This document shows, in pieces, positions 1-13,055 of a DNA stretch of 64,000 bases. The position numbers were made by a program, and so were the translations under genes. Source of the DNA: Felis catus (taxonomy: Eukaryota); NCBI RefSeq assembly GCF_018350175.1, contig NC_058382.1, positions 53,074,001 through 53,138,000 of the forward strand. The letters are read 5' to 3'. The notes beneath the pieces are model-generated. The model had not been told where the DNA came from. It ran no database searches and was given only the letters and a program-made list of their open reading frames with translations. How positions within the stretch are numbered: the stretch's first letter is position 1; the number at the start of each line of letters is the position of its first letter.

Positions 1-129
1 TTTAAAAATGTGCCTCCCATCGGCATGGTGAATGCCGATGCCTACAGATTCATACAGACTGTCAGGAGCGCTGTGTTGAGAAGGATCCTGAGGCACACCC
101 AGAGAAAAGGGCGTTAAAATCGGTTATTA

Positions 130-352
130 GGGCGCCTGGGTGGCGCAGTCGGTTAAGCGTCCGACTTCAGCCAGGTCACGATCTCGCGGTCCGGGAGTTC
201 GAGCCCCGCGTTGGGCTCTGGGCTGATGGCTCGGAGCCTGGAGCCTGTTTCTGATTCTGTGTCTCCCTCTTTCTCTGCCCCTCCCCCGTTCATGCTCTGT
301 CTCTCTCTGTCCCAAAAATAAATTAAAAAGGTTGAAAAAAAAATTTAGAAAA
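130..352 (+). mobile_element. Young felid SINE (SINEC_Fc-type), full length
   Basis: GGGCGCCTGGGTGGCGCAGTCGGTTAAGCGTCCGACTTCAGCCAGG head, CT-rich region and A tail; TSD AAAATCGGTTATTA(G) at 116-130 and 353-367. Confidence 0.97.
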
Positions 353-2219
353 AAAATCGGTTATTAGACCCCGAGGTTATTCACAAGCCAGTGTTTTTAT
401 TACAACAAAACCAAAAACAAAACAAAGGCCGGTTAGGATGGCCAGCATTCAATTCTTCATGTTCAGGATCCAACAAAGACTCCTGTATTTCTACCAGAAA
501 GTCAAACCCACTTGAGTCATGACAAAATTAGGGGGCGGGGGAGGGAGGACGTTAAGGGTGCTGATGCGCTCAGCTCAAAAGACTCATTGCAAAAGAATAT
601 GTCTGGCCTCCACCATCATTTGGATACGTTCGGTGGAAATAAGGCAAAAGCATATGGTTTACATTTCCGCTATAAAGAAATATGGGTGGGAACCTTGTGG
701 GACCCAAGTTGCAATAACAAATACAGATACTTGACAAGGCTTGGCAGGCGAAGACAGAATATTTCTGTGTTTACCTGACAATGTGACTAGAGTCCGGCCC
801 ACGGGGGAGCAATCCATTTGGTTGTGACCCGTCGCACCCTGGCAGAATGTCCTTGCAGAGACATTATAATGTCAGCCTGGGAAGTCTCTCCCTCCCCCTT
901 CCAGGCAAGCTCTCCCTCCATTGAGAGATGCTGATATTGTCACACCAGTTAATATGCACAGTGGCACCACTTGGGACACTGGGCGATCCTGGATCGTCTT
1001 ACTGTGCGATATCACCGTGTAATAACACGCCAGGAGGAGACGCTGACTTTCGCGTGCGTTTAATTTTCCCATTCCAAAGTCCTTTAAAAAAAAAAAAAAT
1101 CTAACTCTGACTTCTCTTTTGGTGTGTGATTATTTGAATGGCTTCTGTTACCATTAATTCTGGTTTACCTCCCCCCCCCTTTTTTTGTTATGTCTCTCTA
1201 TCTCACGATTTGAAGCATCAAACTCACTGAAACAAAAACGGGGGAGACTCCTCCTGCTTCGTCGTATATATTTGGTTTCACAACAAAAGCGTCTTTGGTA
1301 AGCTAGAGACTAAATGACTATTTTTGGGTCCAGCACACCTCTGGTCAGGAAAAAAAAAAACTTAAAAAGTTAATAAATGTGGAGTTTTCTTTTTCCATTT
1401 CTTTCCATGACAGATCAAAAGTCACATGAGTGGTATTGCAATGCAGCTGCCCAGATTACTTGGCCTCTGAATAATAAATAGGGAGTTTCTAGAACCACCA
1501 GCTCATTAATGAGCACTAATTCAGAATGGATGGCACAATGTTCAGTAATTTAAGCAACGTGGACAATGAAGGTTCTCAACTCTGGTACAAAGAGCGGCCT
1601 ACAGAATCATGTGGAATGAGTAATTACAGCTAATATCCATTTCAGCTCGTATTAGAATGTCCAGAGAAACAAGGTCGCAACGGCGGGCTGGGAGCTGGTC
1701 CCGGGGAGCATCATGCGGGGGGAGAGGGAGTCAGCAGGGCAGGTGAACTGTTCCCATTACTTGGCCTCACCCAAGAGGGAGCCCCTGGCCGCTCCCACCG
1801 GCACTGGGCAGAAGAGCCTCAATGACTCAGTCACCGAGACTGTCCGTGTCTGGTGGCTCGAGTGTTCGGCAAAGGATGGCCACGAAGGCAGAGGTGGATC
1901 CAGCCCCCACCTACCTGCAGCCTTGTTCTGCTGTTGGAGCACATGGGGGAGCAAGGTTCTGGATGCTTCTTCTCCCAGGGGCCCATGGGAAAGTGCCCCC
2001 TCCCAGAAGATGCCCCTGGTGTTCTCTGCATAGTCAAAGGCTGAGGGGTCTGCAAGGCTCAAAGCAAGGAGGCCACGAAGCCGGCAGAGGTCAATGGGAG
2101 GGCCTGCGTTGGAACGGGAGAGTTTGGACCCTCCCGGCAGCCCAGAGAGATAACAGAGACATGGGATACGATTTGGGGCCCTGTGGATGAGATAGGACTT
2201 TTAATCTGAGCTTTCATAG

Positions 2220-2720
2220 GCAGTACTCTGGGTTGCAAGTAAGACAAATCGACTCTGGAAGATTTAAGTGGAGAGAAGAATTTACCGAAAGGGTACTGGG
2301 GCCTCACAGGATCATGGCCACTGTCCTCACACAGCCACGGGATGCAGGCTTGCCTTCCACGCCGCACCCCCCTCCAGACCCCGGGCTCCAGCACTGACAC
2401 CCTGGGCTCCGGGTGTCACTCTTGCCACTTCATGGCTTCTCTGACAACCGATTCCAAGTCTAGGGCTGTCAAGATCCGGTCATGTGCCCGATAGCTTCTA
2501 AGGCAGGCTGGGAATGGTAACATTGAACTTTGTGGCTTCCACATTGGTGGGGTGTGTCTGTCTCTGCCTCCCAAGGATTCACAAGGTGGAAAATCCCCCT
2601 TCAATATGGCAGGACTGCACCAAAGGGTCAAATGTCTGCTCCAGCTGCTCTGCCTTGTCATCTCCGGGTGACCTGTGCAGGTCACTTTCCCATCCTAAAT
2701 CTCAGCTCTTCGTGGCAAAA
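2220..2720 (-). mobile_element. Degenerate ERVL LTR fragment (LTR33-like)
   Basis: CTCTGGGTTGCAAGTAAGACAAATCGACTCTGG...AGAATTTACCGAAAGG resembles an LTR33-type terminus; boundaries rough. Confidence 0.4.
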
Positions 2721-5554
2721 TGCAGACAACAGGACCACCCTCACAGGCAGGGGTGATGATGATACCGGGCACGTTATCGATTCATCCCACGTACATTTTT
2801 TGAGCTCCCACCATATGAAAGGTTTTGTGTAGCCTCATAACGATGCATATAGTTGGGCGAGCTCCTCATCCGTGGAATGACCTGGACCTGCCACCTCCTA
2901 GTAGGGATGGAGAGAGGGGATGTACCACTAACTCGGCGGTAGATTTAATAAGACTTCCTGATGAATTGGATGCGGGCAATCAAGAAGAGGAAGGAAACAA
3001 AAGACATCTCATCTCTGGGAGAGTCTACCAGTAAAGTCACTGACTCAGTCCTTAGCATACAGTAAGGGCTCAACAAATGCTCACTGCTAACACAATTGTC
3101 ATCCTGTGCTCATCTTCATTTTTTATTTCACCCCCAGCTGGCCAGTCCTCACCGATTAAGTCCGATATTCGATACGACAGGGATTACCGGGCGGGCTCAG
3201 CCTGTGAGAGCTCAGACTTGACTCTGCCATTGGCTCGCCGTGTGACCTTTGGGACATGAATTCACCTTTCTGTGGCTCAGCCCCCTGCTCTGTAAAAGGC
3301 ACATGGTGGAAGCCGTGCTCCATCCAGCACAGGTCTGTTACGTGCTTTTATGAAAATGCCCTCAGAACCGGGCCTGCGACACGATACGAGCTCCACGTAC
3401 GGAGTCTGCTGTTGTTGTTATTTCCCAATGGCGCACATCCCTCACATCCCACCCCGGCCATCCAAACTGCCCCTGTGCCAAAGGAATCCTAAAAAAAATC
3501 CGACCCTCTTCCTCCACTTGAGAATCAGGGAGAGAAAGTGGATCTCCCCAGTCCACAGGGAAGCGTGTGGTAAATTTGGTGATTGTGGGCGATTCTGTGG
3601 CTCAGGTTTGGGCCACTGACCTCAGATGGGAGGACCCCACGGTCTGCTCATGGTCAGCTCCTTGTACACACTCACAGTCCTTCAAGCTTCACTTCCTGAC
3701 TGCCTCGGTTAGGAGGTGAGCACTGGCGGGGGGGGGGGGGTCTCAGAAGTGGGGCCGCTGTCCTGAGGTTAAAGAGGGTTGGTTGTGGGGGGTGGCGCAC
3801 AGCCCGGGCTCCTGAGTGTGAGGACACAGGCTGGACTTCTGCTTTCCAGCCTGGCTGGAAATAACACATCAGCACCTTTCCGCGTGATCGTAGGGCGCCC
3901 GCGGTTCCCGCGCCCACTGGAAACCAGAAGTGAAGAAACACCCACACTCGCTCATCACGTCCCCCCCAAAAGACGAGAAGTTGTACTACAAGATGGTACA
4001 GCCCCCTGCTACCCTCTCAAGTAATAACGATGCTATAGAGCGGACAATGACACAGAAAGCAAGCAAAACGTAACCACAAAATGGCCTCAGTGCAGGTTAA
4101 CTAGATGGACAAAAGGAGACACCCCCCCACTGCTCCACACCTATCTTTCTGGAATGAAGTCTTCACCTAGACCTCAAACACAGCGTATAAAACAATTAGC
4201 CCCTGGGTTGTGCTACAGTGACCTACACTGCGGGGTCTGACCTTTGTGAAGCTGGGGGTCGCGTCTCGTCTTGGTATCCTCTGGTGTTTGTGGGAGAAGT
4301 GGCACAGGACAGAGGTACATCGGAGGCAGAGCCCACGTGAACGGGACTCAGCACCGCGGCCGGCTGCTGTGATTTCAAGGCTCTGTATCATTTACATGTA
4401 TGGAAATATAATATGAAGGCATAACATCTACCGAGATGCCTCAGTTTCCCCAGGTAAGCAGAACAGGGCCATGCGAGCGTAGCCAGCCCGGTGCAGGCAG
4501 AGATCTTTGGTCTCCTTCTGGGTAGACGCGCCACCCTCATTGTTCCATAGGCGGCAGCCATTGGCCTGTGGCCTGTGATATTGCAGACCAAGCCCCCAGC
4601 AGCCAAGAAACAAGAGCATCTGCCCCTTACAGGTCCCTGAATGGGTCGGAAGGTCAGCACTGCTGGCATCTGTCGATCCACTTTGATGGCTGGAAAATGT
4701 GTCAACAGACAGGTGCGTGTTCGTGTGTCAAGGGCTAGAGTGCACACAGGCCGGGGTGCAATTTTCCCAGCGGCTCGTGGGAAACCATTCAGGCAGACTT
4801 TGGGAAGTCGGAACCAGTTTTGCATGGAGCGGGGCGGGAAGCAGCTCCCGGGGCTTACAACCTTGTCCCAAGGACACGCAGCCAGGGAGGAACAGAGCGA
4901 ACCATCAAATCTAGGCTGTCAGAGGCTGGAGCTTACGTCTAAGCCACCTACCTTTACAGAGAGCCGTTCCTAGACCCCTGACAAGCCCCATGCACCAGTT
5001 TCTCCACACCCAGCCCTCTGACCCACTAATCCTTTATTACACTATCTAGCGGATTGGACTTTTCAAAAGCTGAACTTCCTCCCTGTCCTCGAAATCCAAC
5101 GGTCTGCCATGAGACCGCTTGTCTGTGCCTCAGTTTCCCTTATTTTCATGATAGTGGTGATAATATGTGACAGAGCACTGGGAAGGGTCAGACCATGTCA
5201 CGTCTGTAGTGTCCCTGGAGACCCACAGCCCTCCTGACCCAATCGATGGGACTGTCTAGACGATCAATACTGATCACTGCAGCTGAATTGACCCGACACG
5301 GGTCCACATTGATCATTTAAGACACCTGGAATGGTTGGATCAGCTGGGCCATGGTTCAGGGACTTTAGTCACTAAGGCCCTCATTAAATGAAGGACGTAG
5401 CCTTTGAAAAATATAAGGTGTTACGTTCAAAAGAAAGAAAGAAAGAAAAGAAAAGAAAAGAAAAACCCTTTGAACTTTGAGAAGTCCTTGGGTGATGGGA
5501 GTTGGATCTCTGGGAGGCAGAGGTAAAGATGCCTAAGGGCCCGTGCGGCTGCAG

Positions 5555-5700
5555 GCAGGCTAGACAAATCCCTCTGAGCCTCAGTTTACTTTTCAGGAAA
5601 ATGGGGTGAAAAGGTATGTGCCTCCAGAACTCACAGGGACCAAGTGGTAACACGAGGTATTACAATGCTTAGGCGTAGAGTCGGGGAAATATTAAGTTTT
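5555..5700 (+). mobile_element. MIR SINE fragment
   Basis: CCTCTGAGCCTCAGTTTACTTTTCAGGAAAATGGGG, MIR core. Confidence 0.7.
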
Positions 5701-8700
5701 CAATAAAGTGTGATCGCTGTTGGTATGACTTATTCTGAGTAGGAGTTGTCTCCCATTCAAAAGACCTTTTCTGTCGGCATCTGGAAATATTGACGGCCTG
5801 TTGTAAGTCGCGCGGGCCCGTATTGAGAGATGTCTGTCTTTAGCAAGCACACCGCTGAACCCTGGGAATAACGTTGAGTTTTTGAAAGAGACAACGGACT
5901 TCAACCTGCCCGCGGTCTCAGAGCCAGGAAGCAGCAGAGGCAGATACAAAGCCAGATTCTCCTGACTCTGGCGTCTACATTCTCTCCTAAAGCCCTAAGC
6001 CGTGGCAAAGTGGGAGATGAGGGAACACAGGACTCTAGCCTTCAGGGAGCTTCGGGTCTATCGGATGATGAGTCACCTCTGCAAAGAACGAAACGCGCAC
6101 GATACCGTGAGATAGGTACAATCTGATCACACGAAGGAGGTGAGGCTCTGAGCTGGCCCTGCGCGGGCGAGGCGGGAGGTGAAGGGGCAGAGAATTTAGC
6201 ACAAAGCCGGTATTTGACCCGAGCTCCGATTTCAATAAACTACGCTATGTGAGGAGACGGAGGCCAAAGGAAGAAGGTGAGCAAGGGGGTGGAGGTCGGA
6301 AGTCGCTGGGCTAATTCAGCGAATGGCCTCAATTGGCCGATGCCTTGGGTCACGGCCAGCGGCACGCCAGTGCCTTGTTATATAATCGCCTTTATTGGCT
6401 ATTTGTAGAAGATTCACTTAAGGTTACCATTTTGTCAGGTCTGCAGTTCTCTCTTTCTCCTGCCCTGTTTCTTTCTCTCTATTTCTATATCTATCTCTAC
6501 CTACCCAGAAGTTCATCTTCCCTCCTACCCGACTTCTTTTTTTTTTTTTTTTTTTCCCCTGCTTAACAGTGAGCAACCTTAGCGAGGGCTTCTGTGTTCA
6601 TATTCAAGTTGGTTTTTACATGTAAACTGTTTTGCCCTAGATTTTGGCGCATGGCCTTGCATTATAGAGTGTGAATATTTTATCCAGACGTAGATCTCAT
6701 TTTTTTTTAAAGGAGGCTCATAACACTCGTCCAAAGCTAAAACGCTTTCCCTTGAATAGAGGCTCTCTAGCAATGAAACAATATTCTGTTCCCCAACCTC
6801 AGAGGGGATGGACGCTGAGTTTGTTTAGAAATGTGCTTCCTTGCGCTAAACTTCTGCCATAAATTACGAGGCGGCCGCTAGTTAGCATGTCTCCCTCCCA
6901 GCCAGACACGTGGTATCGATGATGTCCCCGGCCTACTTCAAACAAAGCCGTAGGAACACATGGAGGAAAATCAGCCCTATCTCCATGCTGTGGGAAATTC
7001 ACACAACCCGACTCCCAGCTCCCGCAAAATGGAAATAAAAATTCTCAGTGGCTGCTTTAACTCCAAGGGCTTAGAAAATTGACTAATAATGCAAATATCC
7101 AGAGGTTAATAGCCTGGTGACATTACTGTAACTTACACGGTGGCTTAAAGGGCATTATCCATCACATGGCCAGCAGTGGTCAGTTAGCAGAACATACGGA
7201 TAAATATCAAAAGAGGAATGAGCTCCCGGAATCGGGCACTAATAAAACCTAGGGATTTCCTCCCTCCCCGCCGCCCCGCCCCCATTTTCTTCCTTTAATG
7301 GAACCAGGCAATGTGCAATCTTAGCCTTTCATGCCTGAGGCTCACATGTACCCTTCTCTGCAGAGGAGGTCGATCCCTGATGGGGGCCCGTGAACGGGAA
7401 CACAGAATGCCCCCACGATCTCACTTCGCATGGGTGGGGAGGGGAAAGTCAGTGGGATCCAATCAAGGGAAGAGTCGTCAACAAGCAAAAGAGAGTTTGC
7501 GGGATGCCTTTGGCGGTGGCTGTTTTGGACAAAAGGAAGTGAGCTGGAAACCAACTGGAAAAGGCTGCTAATAAATGTGGTCACGAACAAGGCCAGCTGG
7601 AAACGCCAGCCCTCCAGGCCCAGGTGGACCGCCCTTACTCAGGGATTGCCCTCACCTTTGAAGTTTGGAGTGGGCGACTGTTGCCCCGACGAGGTGGTTT
7701 GTGGCACCACTGAGTGGGTGGACTCAAAGCCACCTCACTGTCCCTGGTCACGAACTGTGAGCCCTTGTACCCGTGGGGCTGGCCTGGCTGATCTTCCCTC
7801 CTCCCCCCCTGCCGTGTGGGGCTCCTCCGGGGAGGGGTGGGGCGGTATTATCTTTGGGAAATTGTAGATTCTTCGCTCCTGCTGCTAAAAGGAAAATTAC
7901 TACCCTGAGCAGTGCCTGGGTGGGTTCCAAAGGAGTCTTGTCGCATTATTTAAATACTGAATTGCGATATGATTGAAGTTGGTACCAAGTTGGTCTTGGC
8001 AGAGTCTGCTGCCTGGCAGGTGCTCTCGTAAGGGCTGTGCTGTTTCAGCTAACTGCTTTGGATTCGCTGCTCTGGGGAGCGCCAGCCAAGCCCCGGGCTG
8101 CTGCTGCCGCTTTTAATTTTCTCTTCCCTGCAAAATGCACAGGATCCAAACACCCACCTTCTCCGCGCGGGCCACTCCCCAGGCGGCGTCTCGCGGGCTC
8201 CCGAATCCGGGTTTCTCCCTAGGTTCCTTCACCTTGCCAGGCCGTCTCTCCCCAGGGGCCCTCCCTCTTGGCCCTAAGCTGCATTAAGCATGAGAAAAAG
8301 GAAAAACGCCCCTGTCCGAAGCGCTTCCTTCTCCTCCGTCACGCTTTCTTGCCTGTACGTTCTTTTTCCCTCCGACCTAAACTTCATTTTGCGCGTTTTG
8401 GCCCCAAGGGTGGCCTCCTCTTGCTTTGTTTGTGAGATGGAAGCCCTGTGGCAATCAGCCCTTTCTGAGATCCTCTGTGGGGTAACACGAGTTTTCCAGA
8501 ACCGTTTGGAACGTCCAGGGTTTAGTGGGCAACGGGGTGCTGCATTTTACCAAATCTGCTCCGGGAGGTTCTTTAACTAATTTGCGTATTTAACCTTAGG
8601 AGGCAGTTTGGCACCTGCCCTCAGAGCTTTCGCCCCAGCCTTGTGGGCGAGGCAGGGCGCCCGGCGGGAAGGGGAGGCACCCCCCACGCCCAGGTGCACC

Positions 8701-9227
8701 GGGAGAACCCCCTCCTGTAGCTGGTTCTCAGTCCAGAAACGTCTGCCGGTTCACTCCAGGGACTCAACTTCCCAGCTCAGAGACGGTTTTTTGCCCAAAC
8801 CCTCAGCCCACTTCTGTGTGGATGGGATGCCAGGCCGGCAAGTCTGGGACCGCTGAGCCACAGCAGCGTCCTGAACAGGCTCTGAGTCTCCAGGGACGTG
8901 AGGGGGACGGAGGGGGACCCCGGCGGTGTCCTCGGTGATCTCTTAGCACTCAGCTGCCCCACGGGAGAAGGCTTCATGGCCCTGGAGGGACCTGTAGGCT
9001 CAGGGGCAGAGGTGCTGATTAAGAGCCCAACGACGCCACTGCTAATGACCTTGAGGAGCTCCTGAAGCTTGTCTGAATTGTGGGTTTTCACGACTGTTCC
9101 TTTTCCCTTCCTCCTTTTTTCCCCCCTTCCCTCCACCCTCCATCTGCCCTTCCTCCCCCTCCCCTTCATTTTTAGTAGTAGCGTTATTACAAAAGTAATA
9201 CTTGCTTTTTGTGCAAAGCAAAAGGAA

Positions 9228-9258
<31 letters not shown>
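9228..9258 (+). repeat. (AATC)7 microsatellite
   Basis: Read directly. Confidence 0.95.
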
Positions 9259-9660
9259 GAAGGACCAGTAAAAGTTGGCATCCCCCCCATCACTAACCCA
9301 ACTTTCCCGGATGCACACTCGCCATTAACCCTTTCCTACACGCCCTTCCAGACTTGGCCTGCGCAACCACAAAGCTGTACCTTTGCTGACGGTCCCCACG
9401 CCGAAGAGCCGTTGTAAGCATGAAGGAAGAAAACTGATGGGAAATAATAATATCGGCCACTATCTTCCCTGGTGTCGGGTCTGATTTTATTTTGCTGACC
9501 TCTACGTATGCCTTTCACGCAGGCTGGCTGAGGGGCGGCTCTCAAGCACACGCTTCCCGTTGGCGTCTCGGCCACGGCCCGTCTCAATTCCAAATGATCG
9601 TTGGCTATTTTCTCCCAACCTCCACAGGCCATGGCAGAGACACAGAAACCCCTTCCTTTC

Positions 9661-9864
9661 AGGGCGGTTAAGCGTCCGACTTCGGCTCAGGTCATGATCT
9701 CTCAGTCCGTGAGTTCGAGCCCTGCATCGGGCTCTGTGCTGACAGTTCAGAGCCTGGAGCCTGCCTTGGATTTTGTGTCTCCCTCTCTCTCTGCCCCTCC
9801 CCTGCTCACACACTCTCTCTCTCTTTCTCTCTCTCTCTCTCAAAAATAAACACTAACACAAACA
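9661..9864 (+). mobile_element. SINEC lacking the A-box segment
   Basis: GGGCGGTTAAGCGTCCGACTTCGGCTCAGG...CT repeat, A tail; TSD AGAAA(C/T)CCCTTCCTTTC at 9644-9660 and 9865-9881. Confidence 0.93.
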
Positions 9865-10299
9865 AGAAATCCCTTCCTTTCTAGGTCTTGCAGTCTTGGG
9901 TCTGTTTGGCATATACAGGATAGTCTCTAAAGGAAATATCTCAGTTGTCAAGGTCAGGAGAACGCTGCGATTATTCTGTTAGCCAATGAGCCGCACCTTC
10001 ATAGCTAACCGAGGGGCCAGTTTTCCGTACGTTTCTCCCTGGGCAGAAAGCATACGTCTCCTTATCTCCTGCTGCATCTACGATAAGGGTATTTGATGAG
10101 TCAGACAGTGTTGGCTACATCCAAGACGAGCACCTTTGCAAGATTACTTATTCCGAAACCAGGCAAGGGTCTTTTTTGTGCTTGGCTGTCTGGGACCCAA
10201 AAGAGAGCTGAGGGTAGCCATCTTCTGGCATTACTTGCCCAGTGTGGGACGAACAGGATGGGGAGGGTGGAGGCAGGAGGAGTTACATGTGGTTAGAAA

Positions 10300-10487
10300 C
10301 ACAGGCTGAGTGTCCACGCAGAGCTATGTGACCCTGGGCAAAGACAGAACTTCAGAGCCTCAGTCTCTTCATCTGTAGTAGGGAACAATAATACCCATTT
10401 CACGAGTTTGCTGTGAAGTCTGAATACACCAGCACTTGGGAAATGGTTCGCCTGGTTCCTGGGCACGTGGTAAGGGTTCAAGAAATG
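10300..10487 (+). mobile_element. MIR SINE
   Basis: GCTATGTGACCCTGGGCAAAG...GAGCCTCAGTCTCTTCATCTGTAG core and 3' end. Confidence 0.8.
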
Positions 10488-11402
10488 AATCCTTAACAAA
10501 CAAACAAAAAAAAGGGGTGGGGGGGGAGAAAGGGAGAGGAAGGTTACATTTTCTATCAGGTACAAGGATTAATTTTCCCTGAACAGCGGAAGGGAAGGAG
10601 AGACTTGTGGATTGGGAAGGAGAAGCACCAGGATGTTTCTGAGTTTGTCTGAAGAGAAAGGCAGAGCAGAAAGGAAGTATGGGTCTGGACTGAAAAACCA
10701 GGCGCCCTGTGCAGAAAAAGCCCTGGCATTACCAGCTGTTGGAAAGTTTCCCTGACGCTCAGATGTCCGGGCACCCCTCCCACTGTAAACAGGGACTCCC
10801 ATTTCTGTAGCTGTTCGGGGTCTGGGTTCTGAACTGTGCCTTTCCCCGAACACCTTCTATTGCTTCCATCGCCTGGTCCTTTACTCTGGGCCCCAGGAAC
10901 CAGATCCCTACCTTCCTAGCTTGGGGCCACATGTGGGGCCATCTCAATTTTCCGTGTTTCTGGTTCTTTTGCTTTTAGCATCTCCCGACGCATTGGGCGG
11001 GGACGCCCAGCTCTAGGCCTGCTTCTACGGGACCCCCAGACTGTCCCCGTCCCATCCCACTCTCAAGCGGGAAGGCAGATTCTGAAGATGTCAGTTCAGC
11101 TTTCTAGCCAGTGGACGCCCCAGGCTCAGGCTCGGAATCAGGCAGATGTGTGGGCAAGCCTCAGACCTCCCTCGTCTAGTCTGGAAAGTCACAGAGCCTC
11201 TCGGAGGAGCCTCCCTGTTCGTGGGAACATCTAGGACAGCAGCGCATACATACTCAGGGGCTCTGTGATGATTCAGTGATGTACGAATAAACGGCCAGGG
11301 AGAGTCTTTCAGCTGGAAGAGAGCTGCCCCTGAAAGATAATGGCTATTGCTACCAGACTTCTTTGATTGTGACGCACGGGCAATGCACTTTTTAATATAT
11401 CT

Positions 11403-11623
11403 TTTTTTAAAATATATATATTTTTTTAATGTTTATTTTTGAGAAAAAGAGAGAGAGAGAGCACGCAAGCAGGAGAGGGGCAGAGAGAGAGGGAGGGAGA
11501 GAATCCCAAGCAGGCATCGTGCTATCAGCACCGAGCCCGATATGGGGCTCAAACCCACGAACCGTGAGATCCTGACGTGAGCCGAAAGCGGATGCTTCGC
11601 CGACTGAGCCACCCAGGTGCCCC
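11403..11623 (-). mobile_element. SINEC (older subfamily)
   Basis: T-rich tail, GA repeat, GAATCCCAAGCAGGC...GACTGAGCCACCCAGGTGCCCC. Confidence 0.93.
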
Positions 11624-12369
11624 TCATTTTAATATTTCTAGCGCTATCACGCACGTTAAAGCCGAAAGGACCGTTTCATGTGGTGGAGACGCTTCTTCCC
11701 GTGCGCCCTTGGAAAGCTGTTGTGAAGTCGATGGCATACCCTAGGGTCACCAGTTATCTTCCAGTTGAGGAAATACGTTTGATGCTGACATCTGTAAAGG
11801 TGTTCAGGCTTCCCGGAGAGGCAGCACATTGAGGGGGACATCCCACAGGGACCACCACCCTCCAGATGCCCCCTGTCTTTCTGAGGGCTCCCAGGGCTCC
11901 TTCTAGGGCTCGGGGAAATGGCTGAAAGACCCAGCCTGGGAAACTGACGGCAACTCTGGCCCTGACACAGGCTGCTTCTGGCAAGACTTCCCACAAACAC
12001 CAGGCTCCGCTCTCCTCCCGGCGGAGGCGAGACGGACACCGGCGTGTAGGGGACACGAGAGGACGGGCATCCAAAGATGGCGAGAAGCCCGAAAGTTTCC
12101 CTCCCGAGGGGGTTCCTGTTTGACAAGTTCAGGAGGAGCTGATTCAAGGCTTCCCACAGCAGGCTCTGGCGGGAAACATGGGTTTCCCCCGGGCCCCTGT
12201 TGCAGAAACTGACATTTTTGAAGGTCAAGGAGGAGACAAAAGCGCTTGTTGCCTCACTTACTCCTCTGCAGGACGGAGACACCGTGATCTAACACAGACG
12301 GAGAAGCTGCTGTGTGCTACATGTTGGGCTGGGCCCTTTATGTCCACAACATGATCCATGTCAATGATT

Positions 12370-12600
12370 AATTCATTCAGTAAGTATTTAGCGAGCAGCT
12401 ATTATGTGCCAGGCACTGTTCTATGATCTTGGGATCTAGGAATGAACCAAAGAAGCCCCTGACCTCATGGGGCGTCTCCCATGTTAGGAATGAGGCAATA
12501 ACACATAAATAACCCCGTAACATACCAGGAGGTGATAAGTGTTAACAAAAATAAAATAAAATAAAGCTAGTTAGGGGAATACGGAATTGAGCGCATAGGT
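12370..12600 (-). mobile_element. L2 LINE 3' end fragment
   Basis: ATTCATTCAGTAAGTATTTAGCGAGCAGCTATTATGTGCCAGGCACTGTTCTA. Confidence 0.8.
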
Positions 12601-12626
12601 GGGGGAAAGATCAAACTACGACTACC

Positions 12627-12742
12627 TTTTAAAAGTTTTTAATGTATTAAAATAATCTCTACACCCAATGTGGGGCTCAAACTCATGACCTTGAGATCAA
12701 GAGTTACACGCTCTTCTGACTGAGACTGTCAGCCCGCCCCCC
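12627..12742 (-). mobile_element. Short, old SINEC variant
   Basis: AATCTCTACACCCAATGTGGGGCTCAAACTCATGACCTTGAGATCAAGAG; flanked by CAAACTAC(G/T)ACTA duplication. Confidence 0.8.
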
Positions 12743-12899
12743 AAACTACTACTATTTTCATTATAAAAATACCTATATACCACTATTAAGAACAAAAGCT
12801 AGTATCTATTGATTATAGGCACTTTAATCCTAAAAATAAATAGTGAAAGGTTTATGTTCTCTTTGACCCACTGACAGGTTCCACACACTAATTAAGCCC

Positions 12900-13055
12900 T
12901 TAAAAGTGTGTTATGACGGAACCCACCCATTTTAAAGATGGAGAAACTGAGGTTGGGCCTCGTGAGGTAGCGTTCCTAGTTCATAACACTGGGTGGTTCA
13001 CCTGGGTTTCAAACCCTGTTCTTTCTGACTCTAGAAACTGTTTTAACCACATCGC
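12900..13055 (-). mobile_element. MIR SINE
   Basis: CCCATTTTAAAGATGGAGAAACTGAGG...TCTGACTCTAGAAACTGTTTTAACCAC. Confidence 0.8.

Noticed and set aside
18..40. 9-bp perfect hairpin CATCGGCAT-GGTGA-ATGCCGATG
   Set aside because: Stems of this length are expected by chance in 64 kb; no terminator or miRNA context.
127..315. Recurrent ORF family (GQRETEHERGRGRERGRH..., MAQSVKRPTSAQVMIS...) found many times in the ORF track
   Set aside because: These are translations of SINEC copies on either strand, not a gene family.
11656..12282. 208-aa ORF on the minus strand
   Set aside because: No recognisable domain; S/P/G/R-rich composition and overlapping ORFs are typical of chance frames in GC-rich DNA.
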